From Pseudovirgaria hyperparasitica (lineage: Eukaryota): a DNA stretch of 64,000 nt. The notes under the pieces are model-generated. The model ran no database searches, had not been told where the DNA came from, and saw nothing but the letters and a program-made list of their open reading frames with translations. The number at the start of each line of letters is the position of its first letter. The first letter of the stretch is position 1. Location of the stretch: the NCBI GenBank assembly GCA_010093815.1, contig ML996575.1, one strand, 5' to 3'. Both the position numbers and the translations under genes were made by a program. Positions 10,453 through 24,983 of the stretch are shown piece by piece.

Positions 10453-11413
10453 TACTTGGTTCGTTTCACGAAAGCAGTTATGCGCTGAACATACCGGCAC
10501 AGGTCTCATGTATACAACACCATGTTCATACCACGCGTGGTTGTGCAACGCAAACTGTCATGATGATGGACGAATTGAGATATAGTTGCATACACTTCGT
10601 CACAACAGTCTGCTCCGCTGATAATGATATCATCCTCCGCCAATGATACAGTACACCTTTGTGCTTTTCCTTATATGGATGTAAGACTGAGCTGGTAGAT
10701 CCTGGCCTCCATGTTATCATATCATCCTCAAGCGCATTGGATTTTAGTTATGCAATTGACCGGAGAGTGACTCTGACTCCTAACATATTTACTTGCACAG
10801 TGACGACAGAGCCTAATCATTGCACCTGCGCGTGTCCCTGTCAGATGTCAGCATGCAGCATCTGATTTAGCGCGTCCTAGCTTGAACGATCCGAGATGAG
10901 TCTTCTTCCGCCACAAAGCTAGCGCTCACCATCACCACCAATGGGAGATCCATTATGACGTTGTCTAGCAGCTTGTATGTGGTCCGAGGCCCATGGCTTG
11001 TCGAAATTGCGGGGTGGCTCCAAAGCTCCTGAGTCCCTCTGTATGTGACAAGTCCTTGGCACATGGCATGGGGGGTTCTGCGATAGGTGTCAAGAATGGA
11101 AATGACGAATGTGAACGCTTTTAGGTTCTGAGAGAATGTGAGAATGAGAATTATTCACACTGAACGAGGTCAGTATCGGTTTCAGGTAAGGCGAAATGAT
11201 GGTTTAAGGATTTCGACAATGAGGTGTCATAGAGTCTGTAAAGCTCTTGTATTCATGATGTCTGGGTATCGATTATAGAGTTATCTTCATCACGCCGCTG
11301 TTGCGAACCGCGGTGAGAGTGAAAACAGGTTATTAGTGTTTTTCATCAGTGACGTCGATGGATGATTGTTGGGCCGTCGCGTAATCTCGTGCTTCTGCCT
11401 CCAACATCGAAGC

Positions 11414-12050
11414 TTACACCACCATCTTCCTGCTGCCACGCTTTTTTGCGAAGAAGGTCACTCCGATAGCCATAAGGAACATGACCATGCCGAGGAATAA
11501 GAAGACGTAGTCGGCTTGTCCTCTCTGGCAGCGGCCTTTCAAACTGTTCGCCCGTGTTTGGACATCGTCTTCATCGTCTCCAGGCCGTCCTCCGGTGCCG
11601 CAAAGTCTCTCGCCGTCCTGCTCGATGCATCCACCGTTGACGATCTTATTATCGAACAGGGAAGGGTAGTTCTGTAGGCTAGAGCTGCAAGATAAACCCT
11701 TCATAGCCACGGTAAGTGCCTGTGGCAGTCAGTGGACAAGGTCAAGACAGGGCACACGAATAGCGTATAATCAGCCCGGCATTGTTACTACTTACAATCC
11801 CACCCGCGAGGAAGATCAGTGCACTCAAGGCGTCAATAGCGATGATAACCAAGGCCGGGATAGCTTCAATGAAAGACGCGATGAGACCAATTGCAGCAGC
11901 GACCAGGCCCCAGCCGCCACAAAATGCGGCATAACCAGTCGTAGCAGGTGCCTTGCCTACTGCTTGCCATTGAGTCATGCTGACTGACAGTCCCAGAACA
12001 ATCGCGGCGAAGATGAGCTGGAAAGCTCGAGTGACGAGTGTAACAATCAT
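11414..12050 (-). CDS. MARVEL (membrane-associating) domain protein
   Basis: RAFQLIFAAIVLGLS, YAAFCGG, DALSALIFLAGG, then RCQRGQADYVFLF. Four TM segments and one intron (~11795-11721). Confidence 0.8.
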
Positions 12051-12973
12051 GTTGCAAGTTTGGTTGATCGGGTCGTGTCGGAGGTGTGTGTGTATTTTCG
12101 ACGTCTGGAGTAATTCTAAGCACAGATGTGTCGACAGCAATTGAAATGTTGCAAAATAAAGGGTGGAGCGCAATGGATGCGGTGTACGCAGAGATGGGAA
12201 CCTATATATCCTTTTAGCGCAGCAATATTACAACACCAGCCTGTGGCTCTGTTTCGTTCGTTATGGCCCAGTAGCACAGCCCAAACAAGATTAGCAGCAG
12301 CCGTTGCTTGGAATGATTTGCTCATCCATGACGAAGGAACGGTAGCGACTTTCCAAGTTCGCCAATTTTGGAAAGGCTAGCGCATTGATGCCTACAGATG
12401 AGATCAGCTGCATCCCGATGGATCTGTTGAAACACGTTAGATCCCAAAGCCACGTTCTAATTGTGGCGGGACACTCATTGGATATTCTCCAAAATTAATA
12501 GATCTTTCAGCACGAGGCGCTCTATGCTCATCCACTAGGACGTTGTGGTATGACGCGTTGAAAGTTCGTGTTGACAAGGGCTGTTCAACGGCAATATTTA
12601 TATCTGCAGTGCTGCAGGTGTGTTCATTCCATGATGTGTCAGCTACCCCATGTCGATCGGGAGTTGCCCGAAGCTTTAAGCGACTTACAATAGCTTTCGC
12701 CTACCAACCAATAGTGAGTACACTCGACGCCGATTTGCTAGTGTTCCAGCCAACTTACAGGAAGGCAGATTCAGCCTCGTGGATAGGCTACGCTGCATGA
12801 ACGATCAAAGTTCCACGCATGAAGAGAGCAGACAGTGCCTGATGATGCTAGCAGGGATGCTGATGAAACGGAGACTAAGAAGTAATAAATTGTGACCGCT
12901 TCAGGCCGTGATGTTCTATAGTCCATCTTTGCTATCTTTGACAGAGATGCGGTATCGAAAGTCGAGAAAATGC

Positions 12974-14070
12974 TTAAAGCTTCGGTTGCACCCCTTCATC
13001 AGCCGTGGTATCATCGGTCCTCTTCAATATCCATTCAATGACGTCGTTCGCAAAAGTTTCACGGTCAGGCGATGGTTCGAAGTGTACTGTGAAAGTAAGT
13101 CCAGAGAACAGCTGATTGGAGAGGCGCACTCACATTGATGGTACCAACCGTCGTAAACCTTGAACTCAAAGTCTTCTATGTCCTTCTTTTCTCTGTCGCA
13201 GAACTTCTTGGTCGCATCGAAACTGCATACCCTGTCACCAGTGCCGTGGCTAACCCACATTCTAGTCCTTCCGCCTTGGCCTCGCCCTTCGCTGATCCTC
13301 AACTTTCCGCTCTCCAACAGATCAGCTCTTTCGAACATCCCCGCTAGTCCTTCGAGGGTGCCCGTATCGTGACACAGCGGATCATCCACGATGGACTGAT
13401 TGTTTTCTGGGTCTCTTGAGATATAGTCCGCTTTGAGCTTATCGGTCCTCTGGAAATTTGGTGCCAACTTCGCAGCCAGTTTTCCAAGTGTTAACACAAG
13501 CTTCAGTGGTTGTGATGCCGGATCGAGACCGATGAGGGGCGCCTCTGCAAGATATCCCCTTATATGCTGACGGGTGTCTGCTGGACCCATCGCTGCGTAA
13601 GTAAGAATTTCACCGCCGCCCATCGAGTGGCCCATGAGGAAGAGTGGCACAGATGAGGGTATGAGCGTATTCAGGAAGGCTGTGATGTCGGCATGAACGC
13701 GAGAGGTAGGACCTGTCAGGCCTCTTTCAGAGGGTTTCTGTACAGAGCGACCCCATCCACTGCATGTATATTAGTCATAACCAACATTATTCAAGCCGTC
13801 ACATACGCCTGGTCAAAGGCACAAACTTCGATGCCGTTTGATGCTAGAGTCGGGAAGAAAATGCCGTATCGGCCGCAGTGGTCGCTATAGCCGTGCACGA
13901 AGGCAACGCGCGCTTTCGCAGGTCCGTCAGTCTACCTCTATTGTCAGCTTCTGAGTTTGTCATTATAGCGGGGAGTGAGTGCAACCTTCCATGTCTTTGT
14001 ATATAACTTTCGATCTTCGAACTCAAGCGAACCCTCTACTGTCGACATTTTGCAGAATATTGTTGGACAT
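12974..14070 (-). CDS. Alpha/beta hydrolase, monoglyceride lipase/lysophospholipase (Yju3-like)
   Basis: FVHGYSDH, FDQ-GWG, GHSMGG nucleophile elbow, HGTGDRV and YDGWYH. Three introns. Confidence 0.85.
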
Positions 14071-14290
14071 GATGGGCAAATGAGATTACAAACTTGTAAC
14101 CAGATATAGGCCGAGGCTGACTAGCTAAAACTATAAGCTTATCGATAAGAGTAATCCATCTTAGGACTGCTGCCTCAGCAACAGTGAGGCATTCATGAAT
14201 GCAGCTCCACCTCGGCGGCATCACAATCAAGGTCATCTCTTACCACGCCGCACACCTGCAGTGGACGCATAAACTGTTGAATGCAGAACG

Positions 14291-15337
14291 ATGCGTGCAC
14301 GCGGTACAAGAGTCTCCTACAGTCTGTATAGATCGAAAGGGCCTGTATACCAACAGAAACGCGCAATGGCAGCAAAAGCATACCTTAGTCACCAGGAACG
14401 AACTGCCAATGAGCCGCGGGACCCAACACTACACAGCGTCAAGGTCAGAGATATCGAACAGGTTGTTAATAGCATTAGACTCATTCGGCTTGTCCCGAAT
14501 GAAACACAGCCCACAATCAAGGTATGTAGTATATATGCCTAGTGACTGAGGCATGAAAAACGGTTTGGATTGAAGTCTCACATTCGAAGTTTCTGCCTGG
14601 TCAGTGGCTTGATGTACATATTCCTGGAATATACAAAGCTGGGGGCTTCACACTCACGTCTACACCAGAAGACTTGTCTCCCTCAACAGATGATGAATAC
14701 CCTTACTTGGAACTAGCGATTCAGAATGCTCCAAGCAATCCTGCTGCCGCTTGGCTATGGCGTCCTCAGCATGAGATACTGAAATCGGATCTTGACGTTA
14801 GAGTCGGCGGAAGCTTTACTTGGCCTCCATCTACCATCAAGCCTGAACGCATACACAAGGTCGTTCTTGTTGCAGGTGGGATAGGCATCAAGTGAGTATT
14901 CGCAGCCATGTCATCGGAAACTTCATAGCTGATTTTGTGCCTGCAGTCCGCTCATATCGATATGCTCTGCATTGAGTAGGAGTAGCCACATCAACTCCAT
15001 CAAGGTGCTGTATTCTACCAGATTGACGACTAGTTCATCAAAGGTTTTGTTTCTAGAACGTTTGAATGCGTTATCACAGAAACAGTCGACAACGACAGTC
15101 CAACTTTTCTTGACAGGGTCAACGCCTCTTGAGAGAACGTGTGAATCAATGAAGGCTGCTAAGTTGCAGCGAATCCGACTCGACGATCTGATCGATGCTA
15201 TTGGCCCAGCTACAGGGAGAGCTTCTACCATCTGCTATGTTTGTGGCCCATCTAAGATGACCGATGATGTCGTTAAATACCTTGCGGCGCAGGAAGGCAT
15301 GGATCGTTCGCGCGTGCTTTGCGAGAAGTGGTGGTGA
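14291..15337 (+). CDS. FAD/NAD(P)-binding oxidoreductase (ferredoxin-NADP reductase family, OXNAD1-like)
   Basis: FLPGQWLDV, AGGFTLTS, LVAGGIGI-PL, YVCGP and terminal EKWW. Two introns. The start may instead be 14366. Confidence 0.85.
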
Positions 15338-16227
15338 TCAGACCAATCTTATTGCGGCAGTCAGACGACACGGGCGTATAAATGCAAGAACAGATAGCTA
15401 ATGGCATATCACGGCGGCTATATGTTATCGCCGGGCGCTTGCTTCAGAAGAAGTGCTCAAATCTAGCCTTGCGGCTGTCATGGACCGACCGATGCGGACA
15501 TCGTGAATCATCTGACCATAGAGCAAGAGATGGTTGTACGTATCAAGCTTCACACGAACGTGTCGATCACACCCTCGATCAAGAGTGTGGTATAGGATAG
15601 GAAACGCGAAGCAGTGATTTAGATGATACTGCAAGAACTATGCTATGCGGCCTATGCCTAGCACTCTGCGGAAGACTTGGTTGCGAAAGCGACTACGACG
15701 ACAGACACCCGAATGGATTAAGAAGAGTAGGGTGGATCAAGCAACCCCAGGGCAGTGGTGTGATGAGTGCATTGATTGGTCCAGTTGCATTCGACCGGTG
15801 CACGCTCCTTGCATTGGTGTATCCCACGTCGACCATTCAGAGGCTGCATGCTCTCTGCCAGCGAGTGAAATCAAGCTGTTGCCGCCGTGCCCATGCTGGT
15901 GATAAGTCCATCGCGGTGATTCGAGCCTGGAATGGATACTGAACGGCGGAAATATGAAGAGCTCTCCACCTCAGCCTTCTCCGCATCTTCAATCCTCCTG
16001 CCCGCGACCATCAACCACAATACAATAAGTACAGCCCGGATACTCGTGTCTGAAGTGGTGACGCTTTTGCGCACAACACCTCGACCGAAACCTGGAGCTC
16101 ATCTCCTCTACGGAAAAGCGTCTGTGGTTCTCGCTGAACCCCGCCCCAGCTGGACGTCGTCGCAAATAAGCGCCGACCAGACCGCTCCCAACCTCACGAA
16201 CGTTTCGAAACATCATACATCCACAAC

Positions 16228-17195
16228 ATGATGTTCTTCATGTCCAGGAAGTGGAGGGTTCCGCGAGTGATACTTGGCTTGATCATTTTCGAGTTCCCTC
16301 TTACAGTGGCCTGCTTGACTTTGACTGGAATTGCTGCGCCCAATTTATACAGAAATAAGTTATGGCAGACTGGTGGAGATTTGGGCTTCAACAGCAAGCC
16401 GATTACAATTGTCTACGCTTATGCCAACTATCGTCCCGTCGATATACCACTGGTCTGGAGCCAATTGTATGTGATCTAGGCCTGTCGACAGCACCCTGAC
16501 TGACATCTGATAGCTCAACCAACTTTAACCTCGTCATAAGCGTCCTCTCCATGTTCCTACTCCTCACAAAGATGACAATGCACATTCTCGGCACATTCTA
16601 TCCTGTCATGTCCCTCATCGTCCATGGCCTCCTTGTCGGACTCTGGAGCTATAGCGTTCATGTACAAACAGCGCCCGACACCATCGATCGTAATCGAATC
16701 AACAATGGTGTTCCATGGTATATTTCCAAGAGCTGTAACGTTGCGCCTGAAGGCGAGGTCAGGGGTTACTGCATGCAGGCGAAAGGGTTCTTCGCCATGA
16801 CTATCGTCTCTCTGTACGTTCTTATACTTGAATGGGACTCATTCAAAGCTAACGTCTACAGGCTACTCTTTTCTACCCATTTCATCCTTGCGCTGTGGTC
16901 GGCAATACCTACCGAAGACCAGAAAGCAGCCCGGAGGACCAAGATTGAAGAGAAGAAGATGTTCTCGCCAGGCTCAGGCTCTGATTTTAGCGCCGAGGAT
17001 GCGTGGCAGCGGCAGTGGGAGATGGGTCAGATTCCCTCCACTCCTGGAACCACAGGTGGGATCAAGAGCCCGTTCACGCCACGCACGCAGGCATTCCACA
17101 ACCTTGGCGGCGGCATGGACCAAACAGAGCACACGCAACCACGGGCCAGTGGTCTGCCTCTCAGAGAACGTTTCGGAGAATTTTATCGACAATAA
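16228..17195 (+). CDS. Fungal integral membrane protein (four-TM, MARVEL-like)
   Basis: Four hydrophobic segments, a Cys pair (SC...YC) and a C-terminal PxTP/SPFTPRT tail. Two introns. Confidence 0.7.
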
Positions 17196-17752
17196 TTCCG
17201 CGTAGGTGCATCATGTGACCATGATTCGCTCTGTGAAACACATTGAGCATGCAACTTGATCACGGTTTGTGGGCTTGGGAAAATGGAGTAGAGGTCTGGG
17301 CAGTCCTAAGAGGACGGATTGATACCATGGGCACGACGCCGTTTTTGATTGTCTTTATAACCACATCTGAAAGCATACACGAACGCCATGTGTCCTCTAT
17401 TTACTGTCGAATACTAGCCGAATATTTGAATAAATTTTTATCATGAGTTCTGTGTTCAGAAGAATGTAGAGCACTGCTACTGATAATACAAGGCAGACTG
17501 ATATTTTACCAGTAGCTTCTCGCTCGTGCCGTCAAAGGTATATTTGCGCGTAATCGCAGTCGAGGTGAGTGGGAGCGCTCGTACGCGTTGCCCCTTGCAA
17601 CACTAGCGTCTGAGCGCAACGTGCAAGACGGAGTTGAAGCTCAAGCTTCAGGTCGCGAATATATCAATTCCAGGCAATCCATCGCATTATGCTTGGCTCT
17701 AATGTATAGTTCTAGCTCCTCATGTATAGGCGACCTTCTTTAACGCACTGCG

Positions 17753-20700
17753 ATGATCAAATTGGCCAATCCCACCACGACGACCCAGACACGCGCCGAC
17801 AACGTACGACTGGCTTTCTCGGAACCTACAACATGCTCGTCAGCCACCGTGTCGGAGCTTGGAAACTTGCTGTTCCCAAAGGGAGAGGATGAGGAAGACA
17901 AGGAAAATACAAAACCAAGACGAACAAAGGCTGCTACACGTTTAGCATCGACGCGTCTGAAACCAACGAGCTCGACCCGAGCCACCACAAAATCTGCCAC
18001 TGCGACAATTGATGCGCACTTTGTAATCTCACCGAAAGAGCGTTTTACACTCGCGACCGACGTCGTGAACTCGTCGTTGAAAGTTCTCGCCGCCAGTCTC
18101 AAACTGCAGCTCAAGGTCCACTCGCCGTTATCAACAATTCAAAATGATGCTCCTATGCACAAACGAAGCGCCTCCTCTCCATACTTAGATATCAATGCTA
18201 AGATATCTACAAAGCCTTTACGAACGAAGACCAATAACCACCTATCTAATGGTAATAGCCGGTCCGCGCGTCCACGATCGTCTTCCTTCTCTTGCGGAAC
18301 CGACAATGAACCTTCTTCCCATATACTGGCAATCGCGGAATGCGCAAGATTAGCATTTGCATACCTGAGGTCCGGTGAAGCCAGAAAAAGTAACGGAAAA
18401 GATTTGCCACCGCTTCAGATCGAGCATGGAATGGTTGCGCTAGTTGGCAAACTTCTTGGACACGGGATGACCTCATTAGCACTTAAAGAGTTACAAGTAC
18501 TCAAAAGTAGACTTCGAAGTCACATGTGCCCGAAGGCGGATGGATGCGACACTGCCACAAGTCCGATTACGATCGCCTCACTTCTGGCATTCGAGTCAAT
18601 ATCTTACGAGTCCTCTGCGCTCCCAATCGTCATTTCATTCCAATTACAAGTCTTGAGAGTTGCTGCATCATTGAGACGGCCCAAAGCGATCGAGGGCATA
18701 CTGAAAGAACTGGACCTAGAGAAGGAAACTGCGCCCGCCAACATCATCCTGCAATCTGCCAATAATCCAGACCAGCGCAGCAAAGCAGCCCGACAGCTGG
18801 AAACACTCGCCCAGAGCCTGCTTTCTTTATGCCCAAGTATTGCATCGAATCAAGATGAGGCAGCTAAAGACGCGAAATTGAAGCCAAGCCCCGATGCGGT
18901 CTTCCAACTCCAGCGCATTGCATTCCAGGTCAGGCTGCTTTGGTGGAAACTCGCAGGGCATAGAGGCGATGTCAATAAAGAACTCTGGGAACCATTTACA
19001 AAATGCATGATGGCTTACACTAGACGCTCCGTGACGCCGAAAGTGCACCAGTATCACATTTGCAAGAATCAGTTTTCAAAACTTGATGCTTCCTATCGCT
19101 CCCTGCTTTTGACTACATCAATTTCCATACCATCCCATACCGCTGCATTGTTTCCGATCCAACGAACCCTGTCCAATCTAGCCCAGTCCGCTGGGCTTTT
19201 CGATGAAGCTGTAACGTTCGCCCAGACGGACCAAGATTCAGCCGCCCAGGGAGATGCTACAACTGCCAGTAGCACCATAAAAATTGCTGCCATTGGGATT
19301 GATCGAGCTTTGAGTCAAGGTTGGGACGAGGAAGTAGAGACGCAGGTCTCTTTGGCGCTGGATGCATTGAGCAAACGAGGTGCTAAGACCGAGAACGATC
19401 AAAACTCGCTTCTTGGCGCTGTTATTGCGTTGCGTAGATCTGCCACGAAAGTTTTCGTGGACAGAGAATCTTCGGACTCTACTACTCGAGACCTACACTT
19501 ATTCTCATTCAAGGCCATCTCAGGATGCATAGCCTTTCTTGGACGCCACGTCGACAGTCCTTCTCGCTCCATAGTTCATCCAGAATCCCAGAGCCCAGCT
19601 GGGGTAATAGAGAAAACCGCCAAAGCCTTCATCGACTCTGCAATCATTGCCTCCAAACTGCTTATAGCTCGCGGACTATTGGGATTCGACGAATTAGATC
19701 TATGTCTCCAGTCATGCCAGACACTACTAAAAAATCTGGAGCAGTATTGCATTACAGAAACAGAAGATAGTGACACACACAAGAATATGCAATTTCCTTT
19801 GGTAAAAGTGTCTAATGTGTACTGGGCTTGGGCCCTCAAAGAGAAGGCTCGAGAAGGTGCTCCACTCGAAGATGTCTTCAAGTCGATGAGAAGCTCAATC
19901 GAGGTTCTAACGTTTTCCTCGTTCCATGAACAATCTTCCGGTAGCATTTTGTTGAAATGTGCAAAAGCAGGAGAACTCTTTAGAAGTCACAAGCGCGTTA
20001 GTGAGGCGCGTGAAATGGTCAGCCTCTCCATCCGATGCCGTACCAATGCTGGAGTGTTGACAGTCGCTGCTGCACTCGCCGATTCACAACCCCTCGACTC
20101 AGTCTGGAACAGCAAAGAAGAACTGATATCATATCACAAAGACCTGGAGACCCTTTTACGCCTCGGTGTGTTAACTGGTGATGGTGGATTCTACGACGAC
20201 GTAGATCTGAATTACTTGGAGAGGGCGGCACTGCTGGAATGTCAGTTGATACTCATCTGCCGCAGTTCTGCTGTGTACAACAGGCTTGAAGCTGGCCAAG
20301 CCACAGCTACATCGATTGCCACCATGACGCTCTCACTCTATACTCTAGACGAATACCCCGTACGCCGATTGAGAGTTCTGCTGCAACTCATGCAGGCACA
20401 GTGGGAATTTCCGGAATTACTGGATCTTTCAATCTGCTCCCTCGTCAATGAAGTATATATACGTACACCTGAAAATCTTGGTAAAGATTCCGAACTAGGC
20501 TCCTATATGCCACATCTCAAGAATACATTCGAAGTGCGACAAAATCTACAGCAGCCCACACCGGATCCAGACAAAGTGAGAAGCAACCTCGAGGTATGGG
20601 ATGCAATGGTCAAGGAGTCAAAAGACCGTATTGGTTTAGGAAAACTGGTTGATAGCTTCGATAGCTGGATCAACATCTTGCACACTGTTGGCGACTTTTT

Positions 20701-23700
20701 CGAATCGAGAGGCCACGACAATATGCAAATCCCTGTTCTCAGTCTAGTCACCAGAATCCTACAGCTTGAAGGGTTAGGAAAGTCTTCTCAGCTACTCACG
20801 AATATGACGCGACTGGGCAGACAGCTCCTGACTCTCGGCTACCCTGCTGAGGCCCTGAAACTGTTCAACCGTGGCAAAGATGTACTACAGAGCGCTGACG
20901 TGACTACTGAATCAAAACTGCAGTATCACCTAGCATATGCAGAGTTCTTGTCCTCTATTGGCGACTCGACGAGAAGTGTTAACGAGTTGCGGGATATTGA
21001 GCGTCTGATCGAAGCCAAAGATGTCCTTTCTGATCTCACCAAACCCGCAACTACTACCAACGTACGGCTAAACCTGCACAAACTTCTAGCGCAGGCCAAC
21101 TTTGCGCATTCTCTTTTGTCCATGCAGACTGGTGTCCCAAAGGATGCTCTACAATACGCGAAGCGGTGCGTGTTATTGAATCGACGCATTTGGGTCACTA
21201 TAGAAAACAGAAACAAGGGAAACCAGAAGACTGTTTCCTTAGACGGGAATGTGTCGGACGCAAGCGATACTGTATCTCGTATTGGAAATATGACACTGTC
21301 CAGTGATAATCATACCCCGATATCAATGACGCACGGCAGCCTCACCGGACCAGAGTTCTGGACCCTCGTTCCGGTAATATTCACGGGTCTGTCGCAGCTA
21401 GCTCAGGTTTGTGAAAGTCAGGGCATGGTCGGCGAGGCAATCTACTACCTCGAGCAAGCATTTAGGGTCGCAGACGCGGTCAAGGCCACTTCTTGGCTTC
21501 TCGGGAATCTGAGCACTCGCGCCATTATATGGGCTAGAGCGGGTAATATCGACAAGGCTCAAATCTCCCTAGAGCAAGCTAAATCATTCCTCAATATGAC
21601 TGTGACTACAGGAGAGGCAGCTACCTACCATAGTGCTGTTGCAGCTGTATACCGGGCTATGGGCGACGTGGACAATGAGATTCAGGCTTTAAAGAAAGGC
21701 CAGCAAATCTTAGCAAATCTCAGCAAGATGCCTTTCACTAAGTGGCTTGATGGGCTAGATCCAGTGGGAGCCGAGCTGGGCACGAGAATGTCCGAACTCT
21801 CTTTGGACAGCGCCACTGCTAAAGCCTATACCCCAGCACGAACAGACACGATATCAGGGTGGGCTAAGAAGCCAAATCCCAGGATTCGAGCGAAGACATT
21901 TCATACGATGACACGAACCACCGAAAGCGACCCTGTAGTGCCCGCAAATCCTTTGTTCTCTCCTATTTCTGCATCTCGTGCAGAATTGCTTCGTCAGGAA
22001 GCCTTTGCTGAGCTGGCACGGGACAACAAAACTAGCTCTGCCGCCCTACTAGATGAGGCTGAAGCATGCTATGACTGTGCTCAAGGCCATGTTGCACAGA
22101 ACATTGCACGTATCAAACTGCTCATGGTCCAGTTTCAGAGTGCTGTGAATGCTGACTTCACTTTCAATGGCCTGCCAGAATCAACCGTCTCTTTTCCGTC
22201 TGTTAGAAGAAGTGAGAGGAATAAGTCGTCCGTGGCGAATGCTCCAAGGCCTGATCCTTTGGGCTCGAGGGGGAGAAGCAAGAAGACGTCCAAAGCGAAG
22301 GTCGTTGCGAATGAAGACTTTGTCAGCATGCTAAGACAAGCCCATGTCTTCTTGTTGGAGACTCAACCACTCGCGCTCAAGAGTGCACATAGCTCAGTCA
22401 TGCATCAGGTGTGCAAACTTGCGAGCTCAATTACAGTCCTCCTATCAGCTGTTCATTGCCTTGCACCGGATGTGTCGTTGCATCCTCTACAAGCAGCGTT
22501 TTCATTTGGTACGCCTACCACTATACGATACAGCATATCCAGCTAACAGCGCTAGGGCATCCTCTTAACCGCACTCTGCAGCTCGAACAGGCGTCTATAG
22601 AGATAGAAGTGAACTCTACAGCCAAAACATCTTTAATGCAATGGCCGACTACAACAAGGTCGAACGATACAAGTGCCTCCTCGGCTTCGGAGTTTCAACG
22701 CCTATTCGTCGATATCATACCGGAGAACTGGTCAGCGATTGCACTTTCTCTCAGCGAAGCCCGAGACGAGCTATTCATTACGCGGTATCGCTCAAGTGAA
22801 ACACCATTTATCCTACGCCTTCCCATGTCACGCCACACGTCCCGTGACCTGGACGAGGAGACATTTTCTTTTGATAACGGCAAGTCAGAACTTGTTGAGA
22901 TCATCGAGATGTCTGACTTCAGTACGCATGATGGTCGAGACGTATCAAGCAAAGAGGCTAAAGCCGACTGGTGGGCTGAGCGCGAGGCCTTGGACGCTCG
23001 GCTGCAAGATCTCCTCGTCAATATGGAAAACATCTGGCTAGGTGGCTTTCGCGGTATTTTCTCACAGCACATGACGCAAATAGACCTGCTGTCGCGCTTC
23101 CAAAGGTCATTTGAGAATATCCTAAATGTGCACCTGCCATCAAGAAGCGGTAAAAGCCAGCCACCAAAGATCAATCTCGACTCGCGGATACTAGACTTGT
23201 TTATTGGGCTTGGTGATCCGTCAGCCGAAGAAGCCGATTTTGAGGAACCGTTGATGGATCTGGTGTACTTTGTCATTGACATTCTACAATTCAACGGAGA
23301 AAGTAACGCTTACGATGAGATTGATTTCGACGCCATCGTCGTTGAAACATTGGATATACTGCAGACGTATCATGCCGAGGCGGAATCTGAGCCAGCGCAA
23401 CCGCAGCATACGATTCTTATTCTCGATAGCGCACTCCACTGCTTTCCTTGGGAGTCCCTACCGTCCCTCCAGCATATATCAATATCGCGACTCTCATCTC
23501 TCGCTGCTCTACGTGAGCGTCTATTATCTCGCTCGGCACCATCCAAGATTGGTGCAGACCATGACCCTGGCCACTACGTCACGCCGACAGGCAGTACCAT
23601 CCTTAACCCGTCGCGCGACCTCACAAACACACAAACCCTTCTCTCTCCCTACCTAAACGCACTCCCTGGTGCCTGGTCTCACATTACTGCCCGGGATCCT

Positions 23701-24249
23701 ACGGAGTCTGAATACGAGTCGGCTCTCCAGAACAGCGAGCTACTGCTCTACTTTGGGCATGGAGGTGGAGCACAGTATATTCGCCAAAAGAACATCAAGA
23801 AGTTGTACGTTCGAGACGCGTCTGATGAGAGCACGAAGCCACGATGCGCAACGACGTGGCTGATGGGTTGCTCATCGGCACATCTTACTGAACAAGGCAC
23901 ATACACCCCGTCCGGCACAGTCGCGTCGTACATGACGGCAGGCGCACCAGCAGTGCTTGGGATGTTATGGGATGTCACCGACAAGGACTGTGATCGATTC
24001 TCGATTCGATGTGGTGCGGTATGGGGGCTGTGGCAAGAACGAGAGGAGAAGGGAAGAAAGAAAGGACGGGCTGCTAAGAAGACTGCTGAGATGACAGCCA
24101 AGAGGAAATCAAAGGAGAGAGGGAAGCAGAAGTCTAGGGGTATAAGTCTGGACGACGCGGTCAGGAGCAGTCGGGATGCGTGTTATTTGAGATATCTGAA
24201 TGGTGCGGCGCCAGTTGTGTATGGGATTCCGGTATACCTGAATGGGTAG
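17753..24249 (+). CDS. ESP1: Separase (separin, peptidase C50)
   Basis: ~2150-aa protein with a long helical N-terminus. The C-terminal protease domain has FPWESLP, YFGHGGG (catalytic His), LMGCSS (catalytic Cys), LWDVTDKD and YLNGAAPVVYGIP. One intron near 22510-22555. Confidence 0.97.
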
Positions 24250-24778
24250 GGCGATGGGGCATGCGGTTTTACATGTATTGACATGTAGTGGCGTATTCTT
24301 ATAGGACATGTCCCGGAGAGTCGTATGTACTAAGACCCTTTGGAAATGGATTGATCTCGTATCCCCTCACCTCAGATGTCTCTCGCGCACCTCTCTCCTT
24401 GTTGTGCTCAGAGGTATCAATCATCCATCGTCCATCACACAATCTGTTTCGTCCAGATACGGTAGATACACATTGATTGGCTTCCAGGGCAGGCTAACAC
24501 CCGTTAGGCAAGTGAACAACTAGCAAGCTACCCCGCTGGCCCACTAGACAGCTCTGGACCCCTCATTCACACACACACACACACGTACACACCTGATGCA
24601 ACAAGCCGTTATATAGCAAGCTTCCCACCCCTCCACTCGCACCACTCCTCGCCCATCCTCCTTACCTTCACCTCACTCACCCTTCTCCAACCACTTCAGA
24701 CACAAAGCACGCAAACACACCAAGAACCGCCATACGCCTACAGACGACGACGACGACGACAACAAGAAAAGCATCAAC

Positions 24779-24983
24779 ATGCAGACATCCCCCACCTCTT
24801 CCCTCGTCGATATGCACGGCAGTACCTGCCCCAAGTGCAGTGCTTCCATCGACGGTGGTGCAAAGACCTGTGGCTCTTGTGGAAGCGTATGTGTTATCCT
24901 CTTTGTTGTGATACTATCTATCCCTGTCATGTCATGTTGATCATGGGGGCTGACTGTGTGCTCTGTAGTCCTGCCCTGTCTAG
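24779..24983 (+). CDS. 40-aa cysteine-rich zinc-ribbon-like microprotein (2 exons)
   Basis: Exons 24779-24886 and 24969-24983, joined by a GTATGT..GCTGAC..TAG intron, give MQTSPTSSLVDMHGSTCPKCSASIDGGAKTCGSCGSSCPV*. Good start context (CAACATG) and a TATATA ~165 bp upstream. Confidence 0.8.
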
